In this document: one piece after another, positions 42,638-56,819 of the stretch | How positions within the stretch are numbered: position 1 is the first letter of the stretch | How the letters are laid out: each line of letters opens with the position of its first letter | Source: the human T2T-CHM13v2.0 reference genome, Homo sapiens | DNA length: 64,000 nt | Reading direction: 5' to 3' (one strand) | Assembly: GCF_009914755.1 (NCBI RefSeq) | Contig: NC_060930.1 | The notes under the pieces: model-generated | Seen by the model: the letters and a program-made list of their open reading frames with translations, nothing else | Told to the model about the DNA's origin: nothing | The model's database searches: none | Made by a program: the position numbers and the translations under genes

Positions 42638-43430
42638 TAAACTTAGCTCCTTCTGCATGTGTATAAGTATTTCTTTGTATGGATTCCCCAACATGGAATT
42701 GCTGAATTATAGGACATACATGGATAAAATTTTAATATATTACATCAGATTACTTTCCACAAGGTAACTATATTTTACATTTCCTCCAATGGTATGTGCA
42801 ACTGGTACCTACTTTTCTATAACTTTGCTGATTCTGAAAATTATCCATTTGAAAAATTTCTATAGTCCTGGTGGGTGAAACTTTTTACTGTTTACTGCTG
42901 ATGATAAACATCGTTGTCAATTTCATTACCACCTGTATAAATATTCTGCAAATATATTTTCTCCATTTTTCTACAGACTTATTGGTTTTTTGTTATCCAT
43001 TTATTGGAACTCATTTGTCCATTAGGGATATTAATATTTTGTAACATATTTTGTAGTTAAATATGTCATTGTTTTCTTTATGGCAGATCAGTTTCTTTTC
43101 TTGCTTAAATAGGGTGCATTTACCATCATTAGTTTATCACAAAAAGGAGCCAATATTTTTTTCTACTGTGGTTACAGTATTCTAATGTATATTTAGATTT
43201 ATCTGAAACTTATTTTTATTAAGCTATGTATCATAGAACACACTAGTGCCCACCAATATCTGATTCACCTCTCCTGCCTAGGCATCCAGAGATAATACTT
43301 CCTGATCTCTAGGCAGATTTTAAAAAGGACTTTTTGTCTAGTTGTGGCAAATGGATATGAATAGATGTGATGCATGTGAGACTTCCATGGTGGAGCAGAA
43401 AACAGCTCCTTTGTGATTTCAAATCCTTTG

Positions 43431-45701
43431 TGTATTAGTCCTGTCTCACACTGCTAATAAAAACATATCCAAGACTAGGTAATTTATAAAGGAAAGAGGT
43501 TCAATTGACTCACAGTTCAGCATGGCTGGGGAGGCCTCAGGAAACTTACAATCATGGCACAAGAAGCAAGCATATCCTTCTTCACATGGTGGCAGGAAGG
43601 AGAAAAATGAGTGCCCAGCGAAGAGGGAAGGCGTTTATACAACCATCAGATCTCGTGAGAATTCACAATCACAATAACAGCATGGGGGAAAGTGTTCCCA
43701 TGATTCAATTATCTCCACCGGGTCCACCCCACGACACGTGGGGATTATGGGAACTACAATTCAAGATGAGATTTAGGTGGGGACGCTGCCATTAGCCTCT
43801 TCAAAATCTCATGTCCTCACAATTCAAAACACAATCACACCCTTCCAACAGTTCCCCAAAGTCTTAACTCATTCCAGCATTGACTCAAAAGTCCAAGTCG
43901 AAAGTCTCATCAGCGACAAGGCAAGTCCCTTCCATCTATGAGCCTGTAAAATCAAAAGCAAGATAGTTACTTCCTAGATACAGTGAAGGTACAGGCATTG
44001 GGTAAATACCAAAATTCCAAATGGGAGAAATTGGCCAAAACAAAGGGGCTACATGCCCCATGCAAGTCTGAAATCCAATAGGGCAGTCATTAAACCTTGA
44101 GGTTCCAAAATGATTTCCTTTGACTGCAGGTCATACATCCAGGGTATGCTGATGCAAGAGATGGGCTCCCACAGCCTTGGGCAGCTCCACCCCTGTGGCT
44201 TTACAGGGTATAGCTCCCCATCCTGGCTTCTGTCTCAGAATGGCATTGAGTGTCTATGGCTTTTCTAGGTGCACAGTGCAGGCTGTCAATGGATCTACCA
44301 TTCTGGGATCTGGAAGACAGTGACCCTCTTCTCACAGCTCTACTAGGCCGTACCCCAGTGGTGACTCTGTGTGGGGGCTCCAATCCCACATCTCCCTTCC
44401 ATACTGCCCTCGCAGAGGTCCTCCTTGAGGGCTCTGCCCCGGCAGCACACATCTGCCTAGACATGCAGGTGTTTCCATACATCCTCAGAAATCTAGGTGG
44501 ACGTTTCCAAAGCTTAATTCTTGACTTCTGTGCAGCCACAGGCCCAACACCATGTGTAAGCTGCCAAGGCTTGGGGTCCACACCCTCTGAAGCCACAGCA
44601 CAAGCTGTAACTTGGCCGCTTTTAGCCACAGCTGGAGTGTCTGGGATGCAGGGCACCAAGTCCCCAGGCTGCACATAGCAGGGGGCCCCGGACCTGGCCC
44701 AGGAAACCATTTTTCCCTCCTAGGCCTTTTGGCCTGTGATGGAAGGGGCTGCCATGAAGGTCTCTGGCATGCCCTGGAGACATTTTCCCCATTGTCCTGG
44801 CAATTAGTGTTTAGCTTCATGCTACTTACGCAAATTTCTGCTGCTGGCTTGAATTTCTCCCCAGAAAATGGGTTTTTCTTTACTACTGCATTGTCTACCA
44901 GCAAATTTTTCAAACTTTTATGCTCTGCTTCCTCTTGAATGCTTTGCTGCTTAAAAATTTCTTCTGCCAGATACCCTAAATCATCTCTCTCAAGTTCAAA
45001 GTTCCATAGATCTCTAGGGCAGGGGCAAAATGCCATGAGTCTCTTTGCTAAAGCATAACAAGAGTCACCTTTACTTCAGTTTTCAACAAGTTCCTCATCT
45101 CTATCCGAGACCACTTCAGCCTGGACTTTATTGTCCATATGACTATCAGCATTTTGGTCAAAGCCATTCAACAAGTCTCTAAGAAGTTCCAAACTTTCCC
45201 ACATTTTCCTGTCTTCTTCTGAGCCCTCCAAACTGTTCCAACCTCTGCCTGTTACCCAGTTCCCAAATCACTTCCACATTTTAGGGTATCTTTACAGCAG
45301 CACCCCACTCTACTGGTGCCAATTTACTGTATTAGTCCATTCTCATGCTGCTAATACAGACATACGCAAGACTGGGTAATTTATAAAGGAAAGAGATTTA
45401 GACCTCTCACAGTTCAGCATGGCTAGGAGGGCTCAGGAAACTTACAGTCATAGTGGAAGGGAAAGCAAACATGTCCTTCTTCACATGGCAGCAGAAAGGA
45501 GAATAAGTGCCCAGTGAACAGGGAAGCTTCTTATGAAACCATCAGATCTCATGAGAACTAACTCACCATCATGAGAACAACATGGGGGAAACCACCCCCA
45601 TGATTCAATTATCTCCACTGGGTCCCTCCCACAACATGTGGGGATTATGAGAACTACAATTAAAGATGAGATTTGAGTGGCGACACAGCCAAACCATATC
45701 A
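43431..45701 (-). mobile_element. Two-LTR THE1 (MaLR) element with internal region
   Basis: LTRs at ~43431-43785 and 45328-45701 (minus strand starts TGATATGGTTTGGCTGTGT). Internal ORF remnants (DLWNFELERDDLGYLAEEI). Perfect 5-bp TSD ctttg. Inserted in an older MLT1-like LTR. Confidence 0.92.
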
Positions 45702-47703
45702 CTTTGCTTCTCCATTGGCAGCAAATGTGGAGACCACATATTGAAATGTCAGAACTATGAGATCCGAGCAGTGTGGATCTCCAAATCACATTTGGAGGCC
45801 AATAACTGTGAAGATTCACCTGACCTACAAGGATTTTGTATAAATGAAAAATAAACAATTTGTGTTTATTCACTGAGCTCTTCCAGGTGTGTTATTAACC
45901 TTTTGTTATTAAGATAGGCTTCATGTATCCTGGCTAATTTAATAAAATATGACTTCAAAATAAACAGTTGATAGGCAGACAGACAGACAGACAGATAGAC
46001 AGATAGTGAGATAGCATTTTCTTCCAAAGATAGTTGAACCCAAACCAAAAACTTTAATATCATGAATTTAATGCTGAACAAAATGAAGACACCACAGAAT
46101 GCATATTGGATGATTTCATTAGTATAAAATTTGAAAACAAAACCATAGTGTTAGAAATTAGAATAGTGGTTACATTTAGGAATTAGAGAGTTTCTCGGGG
46201 AATAAAAGTAGAAATATGAGATGATGGTATTAATCTATTTTTAAGTGATGATTATATGAGTTTTACCCATGTTTACCATGGTTTTAAAACTAAATATATA
46301 CGGTGTCATTATATATCCTACAAAATCATTTTTTTCACTTAGATATATGTTATAGGTATGCTGATATGCAGAGATTTCATTAGATTTAGTTCATCCAAAA
46401 TTTTAGCTTGCCAAAATTTTAAACTTTATTACGACTTCTTTTTGACTTAGGTATTATACAACAAGGCAAGTAAAATTTACTTTCCAAGATTTTTTCTTCA
46501 CTAAGCTCTTTCATATTCTAGGACAAATTGGCACTACTTTAGTACAAAACTATTCTTTTTCCTTAAAAACAGTAGCATAACCACACTTGTATTTCTCTGT
46601 CACTATTGTTCCTAATACAGTCTTTATTGTAAATTTTAACCAAAATAACTGACTTTCATCTCTCAGAAAAACCTGCAGGGATGTATAATTGAAGACTGTT
46701 ATATATCAGCATTTTAACAGACTAGCAAGGCTCATGAATACAGACAGCTCAGCTTTTCCTGATATGTTGAAACAATTTCCCTGCTCACTGCATTGTCTGG
46801 AATTCTACTCATTTCCTCTGGGCTTTTTTTCTTGTATTAGTATTTAATAAGTACACCCTTCACTAATGATTTCAGTGAGAGTCCACAGTTGCAAGCTTCC
46901 TCAGACCTTTTATCACCCTTGAAGGAGAGTTTGACCACGAAGGGAACTCTGGGGAGATGGTTGAATTCCTATGGCCTTTTAAGGATATTACTTCATTGAC
47001 TTTTGCCATCCATTTTTGCTGATAAGATGCCTGATGTCAGTCTAATCTTGATTGTTTTGTATATAACATGATTTTTCTCTCTCTCTGGCTGCTTTTAAGA
47101 TATTACCTTCGACCTTGTTCTGCAGTTTCATTCCAATATGTATAGGTGTGAGAGCATTTCTGTTTATCCTGATCAGCACTCAGTATGTGCTTTTAATCTA
47201 AGAAATTAGATCTCTGTTTGCTTCTGGAAATTTCTCAGCTGATACCTCTTCAAATAGTGATTTCTTAGGCATTCTCTCAAGTGTCTAGTGTCTGAATTTC
47301 TGAGATACATGTTGGAGCCCCTCTTTCTATTCACCGTGACTGTTAACATCTGCTTCATATATATTTGATTTAGCTTGCCATGCCAAGTTCTAAGTAAATT
47401 ACTCGTTACTACTTCGCTAAATTGTCCTTCAGTTATGTCTAGTTGAAGTTTATCCTCTCTTGAGGATATTTTCTTGACCATCATTTCAAAATATTTACAT
47501 GATTTACAATTAGTTCTTTTCTATATGCACCTATTATTATTCTTTCTATTAATTTCACAATTTCATATTTTAATTTCATACTTTCTTGTTCTTGTTTATA
47601 ACTTCTTGATCTTGTTGCATATGTTATTTCTGCACTCACAGTGACAAGTTGTGAGCCCTAGAATTAGTTCCCTAACTTCTCTGTCCTGTATCCCCATTTG
47701 TGA

Positions 47704-48098
<395 letters not shown>

Positions 48099-49744
48099 AC
48101 AATTACGTTTTTGTATTATTCAGAGTGTTCTATTACTTGCATCTCATTGACAATAAATTGTCGGGTTTCCATGTTGATTTTGTTGGATGTCTTTCTTAAC
48201 AATATTTTTCCTTGATAGCCATAGAACTTCAGTTTGCAGGCTTAACTTGAATGTAAACACTTTCGCCCTCTCTCTGCCTTCACTATTCCCCGTGTGGCAC
48301 TGCTGTTTTAGTTTCCTTCTAAGTGGTCCCAGGTCTTATCCTGTCAGCTTAGTGTTCCTATCCAGAAATTATACCAGAGAGATCAGAGGTCTGTGCTTGG
48401 AGGGGGCAAGTGGCTTGTCCCAGTTACTAGTTGTACCACATTCTTCCTCCATACCTTAGAGCTTCCATAAGTCATAGCCCTCGACAGTGAGCAGGCTCCT
48501 GTCTAAGCCTAATAAGATGTCACATGAAGGCGTCTTTTATAGGAGGAAGAATTCCACCCCAGCCTGTAACTTGGGACAATGACTTTGGCTTATATTCCCT
48601 ACCTCTGCAGGGTGTGTTTGGTCTCTATCATGCCACAGAACTCAAATGCTTGTTTCTGTTCCTCTAAGAAAATATGTCCACAGATTCCGCTCTAGTTTCT
48701 ACTGTGCGTTTCTGTTCCATTTCTTTCAAAGAAAATCTAAATTTTGAGTGGGAAACATTCTTTTTATTTTAATAAACTTCTTATCCATTTATCTATCATT
48801 TCTAATTATTTGGTGATTGGGAGGAAATGGTAGTGGGGATGTGTGGGAGTGCAGTAGAATTTAGCTTAATGCAGCTAAAAAGTAAATGCTAAACACCATC
48901 TTGACTAAAAAATACTCAGAAGCTTGTGACTAAGGACTTTTCTTTGTGCGGAAAAAAAAGAAAATTCACACCAAGAAAAGAAATGTTTCATTTCATGAAG
49001 CTAAAAATCCTGACATCATCCCAGAACTATGAACCAGGGTTCTGCTAACAGCATTAGATGCAAATGTGCATGACTTACACACTTGTTTCTTGCCATGTTA
49101 ATGATTTTCCCCTTTCAGTTTTTTATAGGACTTGGTTACCTGAGACAGTTAACATGATCCTTTACTGAAGATTATTGAGTTTTCCTTTTATAAACAAAAA
49201 ACTGCTAATTGGCATAATGTTCTACAATGAATTTGGTAGGTCATTTGAAATTGCTTATACATTAGACTTTTCGTTCCTCCTATGTTTTACATGTAAATGA
49301 AGTTTTAGGTCACAAAATGAAAAAAAAAAACTCTGTTCTTTACTGAGCACTAAAACAACTTAATAGATAATAATTAGACAAATGGGGCTTATGACAGCAG
49401 TTTATTAGAGAGAGGACTGAATTGAAAAGCAGGAATTGATCTATATCCACAATCAGGTTACATAAAACATCCAACTCCCACTGAGCCTGCCAGCAGCAAA
49501 TCTCGGGCCTTCCCCTTGCAAGGGCAGAGTGTACCTTAGTAATCATGCTAAGATGAGCAGAGCATGGGGCTTCCCAGAGACAGGATACACATCGAATCTG
49601 AATGCACTTCATTCTGAAGAAACAGAGCCCAGCCTCAGCTGAGTCACGCACTCCGATGCAAACTCCTTCCCCCGAATTTGCCAGTCAACTCAATCCATCC
49701 TCCCCCAGTGAAGAGAATGTGAGGAGGGGAGAAGAGGGACGATG

Positions 49745-50190
49745 ACTCAGGTTGGGTTTCCTCAGAAACAGACTCAGACAGAATTTAGGAACAAATGATT
49801 GATGAGGGAGATGATTCCAGGAAGCACTGGCAGGGGAATGGAAAGAAAGGCACAGCAGGGAAGAAAGTCAATGCAGGCATCTACTGGCAAGTTACTACTG
49901 TGGACAAGTGGGGCTCCACCTTGCTGGGACCCCTGCATTACTGTGTGGAGCATGTCTTAACATTGCCCCACACACTAGCAGAGGCAGCTGAAGTACTGTT
50001 CAGCCAACCCTTTCCTTTGCTGGAAGAGAGCTGCTCCTGGAAGCTATAACTCACCAGTACTGCTAGGGTGTCCCAATCAGGTGAGCAGGCTCCTGTGGCC
50101 AGAGGAAGCTCCCAGGTAGAGAATCACCGTTGTTTGTAGAAAGAAGCAGGAGTACTAAGCAGAACAGGAAGTACTGTGGGGTATCAGTGG
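49745..50190 (-). mobile_element. Old ERVL LTR (LTR16/LTR33-like)
   Basis: caggttgggtttcctcagaaacagactcagaca...ccaggaagcact motif. Confidence 0.5.
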
Positions 50191-51234
50191 GGCATGGGCA
50201 GCTTCTGCCAGGCACAGGCAGCTCTCCCTGGTGCTTCCCAAAAGATGAAGTTCCTATATTATGGGTCAAGATAGAACATCAAGATCTTAACTGTGACCTC
50301 TCCTGTATGTCAATTTCTGTGAATCAGGAATTTTGGCATAACTTAACTGAGTGGTTGTAGCTTGGGATCTCATGAGGTTGTGGTGAAGACATTGGCAGGA
50401 GCTACAGTCATCTGAAAGCTTGACTGGGGCTGGACAATCCATTTTCAAGGTGGCTCACTCAGAGGCTATTGCCAGGAGCCCTTGTTCCTTACCACAGGAA
50501 CCTCCCCAGAGGGTTTACTGTCCTCAAGACATGGCAACCAGCTTCTTCTGGAGCAAATGATCTAAAATAGAAAAAGAGAGCAAGCAAGAAGTCAAAAGTT
50601 CTTTTACCAGCTAATTTTAGAAGTCTCATACATCATTTCCTTTGTATTCTGTTTGCTAAAAGCAATTTACCAAGACCAGTCTATACTCAAAGTTAAGGGA
50701 ATTAGACTCGACTTCTTAAAGGGAAGAGTATAAAAAAGTTATAGAAATATTTTTAAATTACAGCAGGTGCCAAGCACCCTTGATATTCTAAAGTGAGGTG
50801 CTAGGCATCACTTGCAACTTGTATGAGACATTAGGTGGAAAGGTCCAGAGAACTTATCTGAAGTTAGTTTTTGTGTTGTCTGAATCCTTGCAACATAGGG
50901 AAAGGGATGAGTGCGTTTGCCCCCACCCCGCTGCTTAAGCCCAAGTGAGAGGGGTTTGAAGGAAACTCTTGAGAGAGTTTGGCCTGTATGTTCTGGAATA
51001 TGGAGACCATGTGGACTAAATTCTGAGAGATATCTGAAAAGTCAAAAGGTGAGAGGTCATGTGCACAAGCCCCACATAGCAGAATGAGAGGCATTAAAGA
51101 GCAAGTTTCCTCTCACCTCAGCAGGGAAAAGGACAGAGATTTTCAGAAGTGTGAACACTGTGAGGTGCTGACTTGACATCATCTGGAAAAAAGACTCACT
51201 CATAGGAAATGCCTGGAGCCACAATATGACCCCA

Positions 51235-53037
51235 TCTTAGTCAGCTTGGGCGGCTGTAACAAAATACCACAAAGACTGTGTGGCTTGAACCACAGAAATT
51301 TATTTCTCCCAGTTCTAGATGCTAAGAAACCAAGATGTTGGAGGTGTCAGAAGATCAGATGTGGTGAGGACCTGCTTTCTGGTTTTCAGATGGCCATCTT
51401 GTCATTGCATCCTCACATGGTGGAGAGCAGAGAGGGAGAGCAAGGAGGCAAGCTCTCTTGTGTCTACTTCTTTTACCTCTCTATTCATTTGACTTCATTT
51501 GCATTTTATTTTTTCCAGCTTTACTGAGTTATCATTGGCAAACAAACATTGTATACATTTAAGGTGTACAACGTGATGTTTTGACATACATGTACGTTGC
51601 CTAGTGTATTAGTCCGTTCTCTCATTGCTGTAAAAAAATAACTGAGACTGGGTAATTTATAGAAAAAAAGAAGTTTAATTGACTCATGGTTCTGTGGGCT
51701 GTACAGGAAGCATGGCAGCTTCTGCTGCTGGGGAAGCCTCAGGAAACTTCCAGTCATGGTGGAAGGCAAAGGGGGAGCAAGGCACCCACATGGCAGGAGC
51801 AGGAGCAAGAGAGAGACAGAGGTGGGAAGTGCTGCACACTTTTAAACAGCCAGATCTCGTGAGAACTCACTCACCATCTGATATGGTTTTGCTGTGTCCC
51901 CACCCAAATCTCACCTTGAATTATAATAATCCTTACGTATGAAGGGTGGGGCCAGGTGGTGATAATTGATCATGGGGATGATAACTGATCATCAGTTTCC
52001 CCCATACTGTTCTCAGGGTAGTGAATAAGTATCATATGATCAGATGGTTTTATAAATGAAAGTTCCCCTGCACAACTGTCTGTCCTGCTACCATGTAAGA
52101 CATGACTTTGCTCTTCCCTCATCTTCTGCCATCATTGTGAGACCTCCCCAGCCATGTGGAACTGTGGGTCGATTAAACCTCTTTCCTTTATAAATTACCC
52201 AGTCTCTGGCATGTCTTTATTAGCAGCATGAGAACAGACTAATACACCACCACAAGAACAGCACCAAGGGGATGGTGCCAAACCATCCATGAGAATCTGC
52301 CCCCATGATCCAATTACTCCCACCAGGTTCCACCTCTAACACTGGGAACCACAATTCAACCTGAGATTTCGTGGGGATACAGATCCAAACCACATCACCA
52401 AGTGATTGTCACAATGAACTGAATTAACATATCCATCACCTCTCTTGGTTACCTTTTTATAATTTGTGATGAGAATACTTAAGATCTACTTTCTTAGAAA
52501 ATTTCAATTATACATTAACTATAGTCACCATGGTACACATTAGACCTCTAGAACTTATTCATCTTATAACTGAAAAAAATGTGTACCCTTTAACAGACAT
52601 CTCCTCATTTCCTCCAGACCCCCAGCATTCCTGGCAACCACCCTTCTGCTTTCTGTTTCTGTAAGTTTGACTTTTTTAGATTCAATGTATGAATGATACC
52701 ATACAGTTTTTGTCTTTCTGTTTCTTTTACTTAGCATATTTTCCAGGTTCATCCATGTCATCAAATGTCAGGGTTTTCTTCTTTTTTAAGGCCGAATAAT
52801 AGTCTGTTACATATATACAATGCATTATATACATATATATGGAGAGAGAGAGCGTGCTTGCACATTTTCTTCATTCATTCATTCATCTCTTTTATGAGGG
52901 CACTAATCCCATTCATGAGGACTGTACCTTCATGACCTAATTTATTCCCCAAAGCCCCACCTGCAGATACCATCATACTGGGGAGATTTAGGCTTCCATA
53001 TATGATTCTTGGGGAAAATAGACATGTAGTCCATAGC
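51235..53037 (-). mobile_element. Four-level nest: MLT1A-like LTR > L1 3' end > MST LTR (51605-52397) > THE1 LTR (51879-52246, + strand)
   Basis: Each host resumes after its insert. TSDs ccatc/ccacc (THE1) and cctag/ccaag (MST). Confidence 0.8.
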
Positions 53038-54025
53038 AACTGTTAAGAGATGGGTGGAGTACTGTGAGTCCAATGGCTGAGCTGGCCATCACACCCTACT
53101 GCCAGATGACAGGCAACACACCTTTCCCACTTCCAGGGAGCTGCAGGTCAAGGACCACCAAAGATTCACAACCAACATCCGACAGGAGAGCTTTGACCAT
53201 CTAGTTGGCCAGAGGGCACCAGCACTGGATGACATGTGTACCAGCCTCTAACCCTGCACGCTTTCTCCAGATTCATCTGTCACTCTGGACCTAATTCCAG
53301 AGGAATTTTTATAAAGTAACCGTCAAGTTAGGAAAGATGTGTAGCCAGGAAGTAGGGAGAAAGCCAACTGTGCCTCCAACCTCCCCGCCAGTCTCTTGGG
53401 CCTGGTTAGGCCAATGCTAGGGGAAGGAAGAAGCTTGGCATCATATGAGCATCCAGAATTTGTATTATAACAGTGGAAGAATTATGTAATAATTAGACTG
53501 AACCAGGCTAATAATTTATGGCAAATGAAAGGATATGTGTGAGTATCTAAGACCTCATCAAAAGTCCCTAGCATCCCCCAGGGTAGAAAAATAACTGTCT
53601 TCCAGAACTTTAGCCTTTATCTGACAAATCCAAAGCAGTAAGTAAACCAGCTGTATTTGAAACGTTAGCTAGGGAGAGATTTGGATCTTTAGAATTAGAA
53701 AGCAAACCTTTGTGTAGTGGGCAATAAGATATATTGCTTTGTGCCAGCTTTGGGGGGAAGCTCTGTTATTAATTCTATTTTGAATATGGAGACTCTAATA
53801 ATGAGGAAAGAAACCATGCTAGTTGTCTGTGAAAATTGATGAGCTGAAATCCTGGAGATAGAATTCCTTGAGAGCCAACCTAGTCCTACCCTGTGACTGA
53901 TTTTCCTTCTGGGCATGACTTAATCACTTGGCTTCTTTATAGCCATATCCTGGCCCAGATGGTTACCACGTTTCACTGTATGAATCTTATACCAATTTGC
54001 AAACTCATTGAATTTGCATTCTATC

Positions 54026-54576
54026 TGTGTTGGTTAATATTTGAGTGTCAACTTGATTGGATTGAAGGATGCAAAGTATTGTTCCTGGGTGTGTCTGTGA
54101 GGGTGTTGCCAAAGGAAATTAACATTTGAGTCAGTGGACTGGGAGAGGCCGACTCACCCTCAATCTGGGTGGACACCATCTAATCAGCTGCCAGCACGGC
54201 TAGGATAAAAGCAGACAGAGGAACGCGGAAGGACTTGACTTGCTGAGTCTTCTGGCCTTCATCTTTCTCCCATGCTGGATGCTTCCTACCCTCAAACACT
54301 GGACTCCAAGTTCTTCAGCTTTTGGACTCTTAGACTTACACCAGTGGTTTGCCAGGGGCTCTAAGGCCTTTGGCCACATACTGAAGGCTGCACTGCAGGC
54401 TTCCCTGCTTTTGAGGTTTTGGGACTCGGACTGGCTTCCTTGCTCCTCAGCTTGCAGATGGCCTACTGTGGGACTTCACCTTGTGATCATGTGAGTCAAT
54501 ACTCCTTAATAAACTCCCATTCATATATACATCTATCTTATTAGTCCTGTCCCTCTGGAGAATCCTGATTAATACA
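54026..54576 (+). mobile_element. MLT2A solo LTR (HERV-L; length suggests MLT2A2)
   Basis: tgtgttggttaatatttgagtgtcaacttgattggattgaaggatgc...aataca, 551 bp. TSD ctatc/ctgtc. AATAAA near 54508. Confidence 0.85.
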
Positions 54577-54869
54577 CTGTCCTTCATTTTTCTGTTGGTT
54601 CCCTTCTTGCTTACACTTATTTTAGAAGCCAGTCTCTTCCCATATACTTGGAGAAATAGAAACTTTTCAGAAAAGGTCTGAGAAAGATATTATTTCTGGT
54701 CTCAAAGAGTTCACCTTCTAGTTAGAGTGAGAGACTGGACTTGCCTAGACTTCTCACATATGTATTCTTGTTCCTGAGCCTCTTAGGTGGGTTTGTGTCC
54801 TGCTTTCTGCAAGTACATCGCAACCTGGTCTCTGCCTCAGTCACCCCAGGGAACTCTGAGTTCCATATG

Positions 54870-54918
54870 CTCTGTGTGCACAGCAAGGACCTCTGTGTGC
54901 ACAGCAAGGGCCTCTGTG
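54870..54918. repeat. 21-bp tandem repeat (~2.3 copies)
   Basis: ctctgtgtgcacagcaagg[a/g]c repeated. Confidence 0.85.
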
Positions 54919-55963
54919 GGCCTGACTCCCTGAAACAGGGGCAACACTGCCATCCTCTTCTTAGTCAGCTACATGAGTTCAACTACTTCCCCACTCTCTG
55001 CCTCCTCCCTGTCCTTCTGTCTTCCAAAGGGAGAATTTTACCAGACCAGTTCCAACAATAAACACAGGTCCCTTTGAAGCATTTTCCCATCAATGTTGGA
55101 TACGTTGGCTCATCCCCTTCAGCCTATCCACTGAGTGGTCCACCTCTAGTTTGGTGACTGCTTTTATTGTATGGCTAACTTTTAGTTAGTAATTAATTCA
55201 TTAATCACAATTGTTTTCTATATTTGTCATAAAGGATTATTCATCTGTGTTTTTCCCTTCTCAGTCTTCATTCATCCATTCATACAGTCACTCACTCATT
55301 CATTCATCAGAATTCATTACTGAGTTCCTCCTTTTTTAAGGTCACACCCTACAAGCTGGGGGAGACAGAGATGAAGTCAGTGGTTCTGTCTCGGCTTATG
55401 ATTATAGTCACCTGAGAATCTTCAAAAAAGAAAGAAAAAAAAAAGATGCATTGCCCTGGCCCCATCTCGAGAGATTCCAAATGAATGAGTCTGGGGCAGC
55501 TCCTGAGCATCAGTGATTTTTAAAAGATTCCTGGGTGATCTGAAAGTGCAGCTAAGACTGAGAACCATGAGGAGATGAGGGCACGAATAACATGGATTAA
55601 AATGAAAAGGCAAGGCTATCCTGAACACTTCAGAGGGACTGCTCTCAGGAAAGCCTCCCAGCAGGCCTGCACCCTTGGCCTGCACAGGACTGACAGCCCT
55701 TCTATCTCTGCTCAGCCCCATTGACCACAAATTTAGCCACTGCTCAGGCGAGAGATGTGGCACATCTGACTCAAACTGAGCAAAGAGAAGACGGTAGCAT
55801 GACTAACTTTCTCTCAGCTGAACAATAATGGTACCACCTTTCTCGAGGGAGTGTGCATTTTGAGAAACTGTGCGGCTGCCGCCCACCCAAGCTCAGGAGT
55901 CCCAACGCTTGGGCAGAGAAGATTTTGAGGCAGGTCTAAATGTCTCTAAAATTTGTATGGCTA

Positions 55964-56313
55964 TAAAAAAGGAGGAGTTCATGTCCTTTGCAGGGACACG
56001 GATGAAGCTGGAAACCATCATTCTCAGCAAAATATCACAAGAACAGAAAACCGAACACCGCATGTTCTCACTCGTAAGTGGGAGTTGAACAATGAGAACA
56101 CATGGACACAGGGAAGGGAACATCGCACACCGGGGCCTGTTGGGGAGTGGGGGACTGGGGGAGGGATAGCGTTAGGAGAAACACCTAATGTAAATGATGA
56201 GTTGATGGGTGCAGCAAACCAACATGGCACATGCATATCTATGTAACAAACCTTCACGTTCTGCACATGTACCCTAACACTTAAAGTACAATAAAAAATA
56301 AATAAAATAAAAT
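55964..56313 (+). mobile_element. 5'-truncated primate L1PA 3' end
   Basis: EFMSFAGTRMKLETIILSK peptide, G-rich 3'UTR, A tail. 16-bp TSD aaaat[t/c]tgtatggcta at 55948 and 56314. Confidence 0.93.
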
Positions 56314-56819
56314 AAAATCTGTATGGCTAGGTGAGGGTAATAGCTTACACTTCAAGGGAGGCCGATGTAATTCTGGAGATGTGACAGGCGGTTGCTGAGA
56401 TGTTTAAAGGAGTAAGCAGAAAAGAAGGAAACTGAGGACATCCCGGTCTTCTCCGGGTCTTTCTGCTTCTGTGACAGGATGTAGAGTTAAAATCATGAGA
56501 GGACTGCAAGCCCTGCCCCTTCACATTCCTCCACGCACTGAGAAATCCTATCTGGTCCCTTCTCTGCTTTGTCAGGCTGAGGCCTGGCCTCTCCGTCCTG
56601 CAGGTGCACGGGTGTAAGAAAAGGACTGGAGCCCGTGTGAATAAACTGCGGAGAATCAGCCCTTCCTCCCATGGAAATCATATATTGGCTGGGGCTCCAG
56701 GGTATGCTTTGTGCTCCAGCGGTAAGATTTATTTCTTTTCCTTCTCTGTAGAAAATTCCCCTCTCATGGTGGCACAGGGAGAAAATAATGTCCTAAAAGT
56801 GGAGACAGACTGGGGCAAG

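Noticed and set aside
44201-45036. Cluster of 108-183 aa ORFs
   Set aside because: Decayed THE1/MaLR internal-region ORF and its antisense frames.
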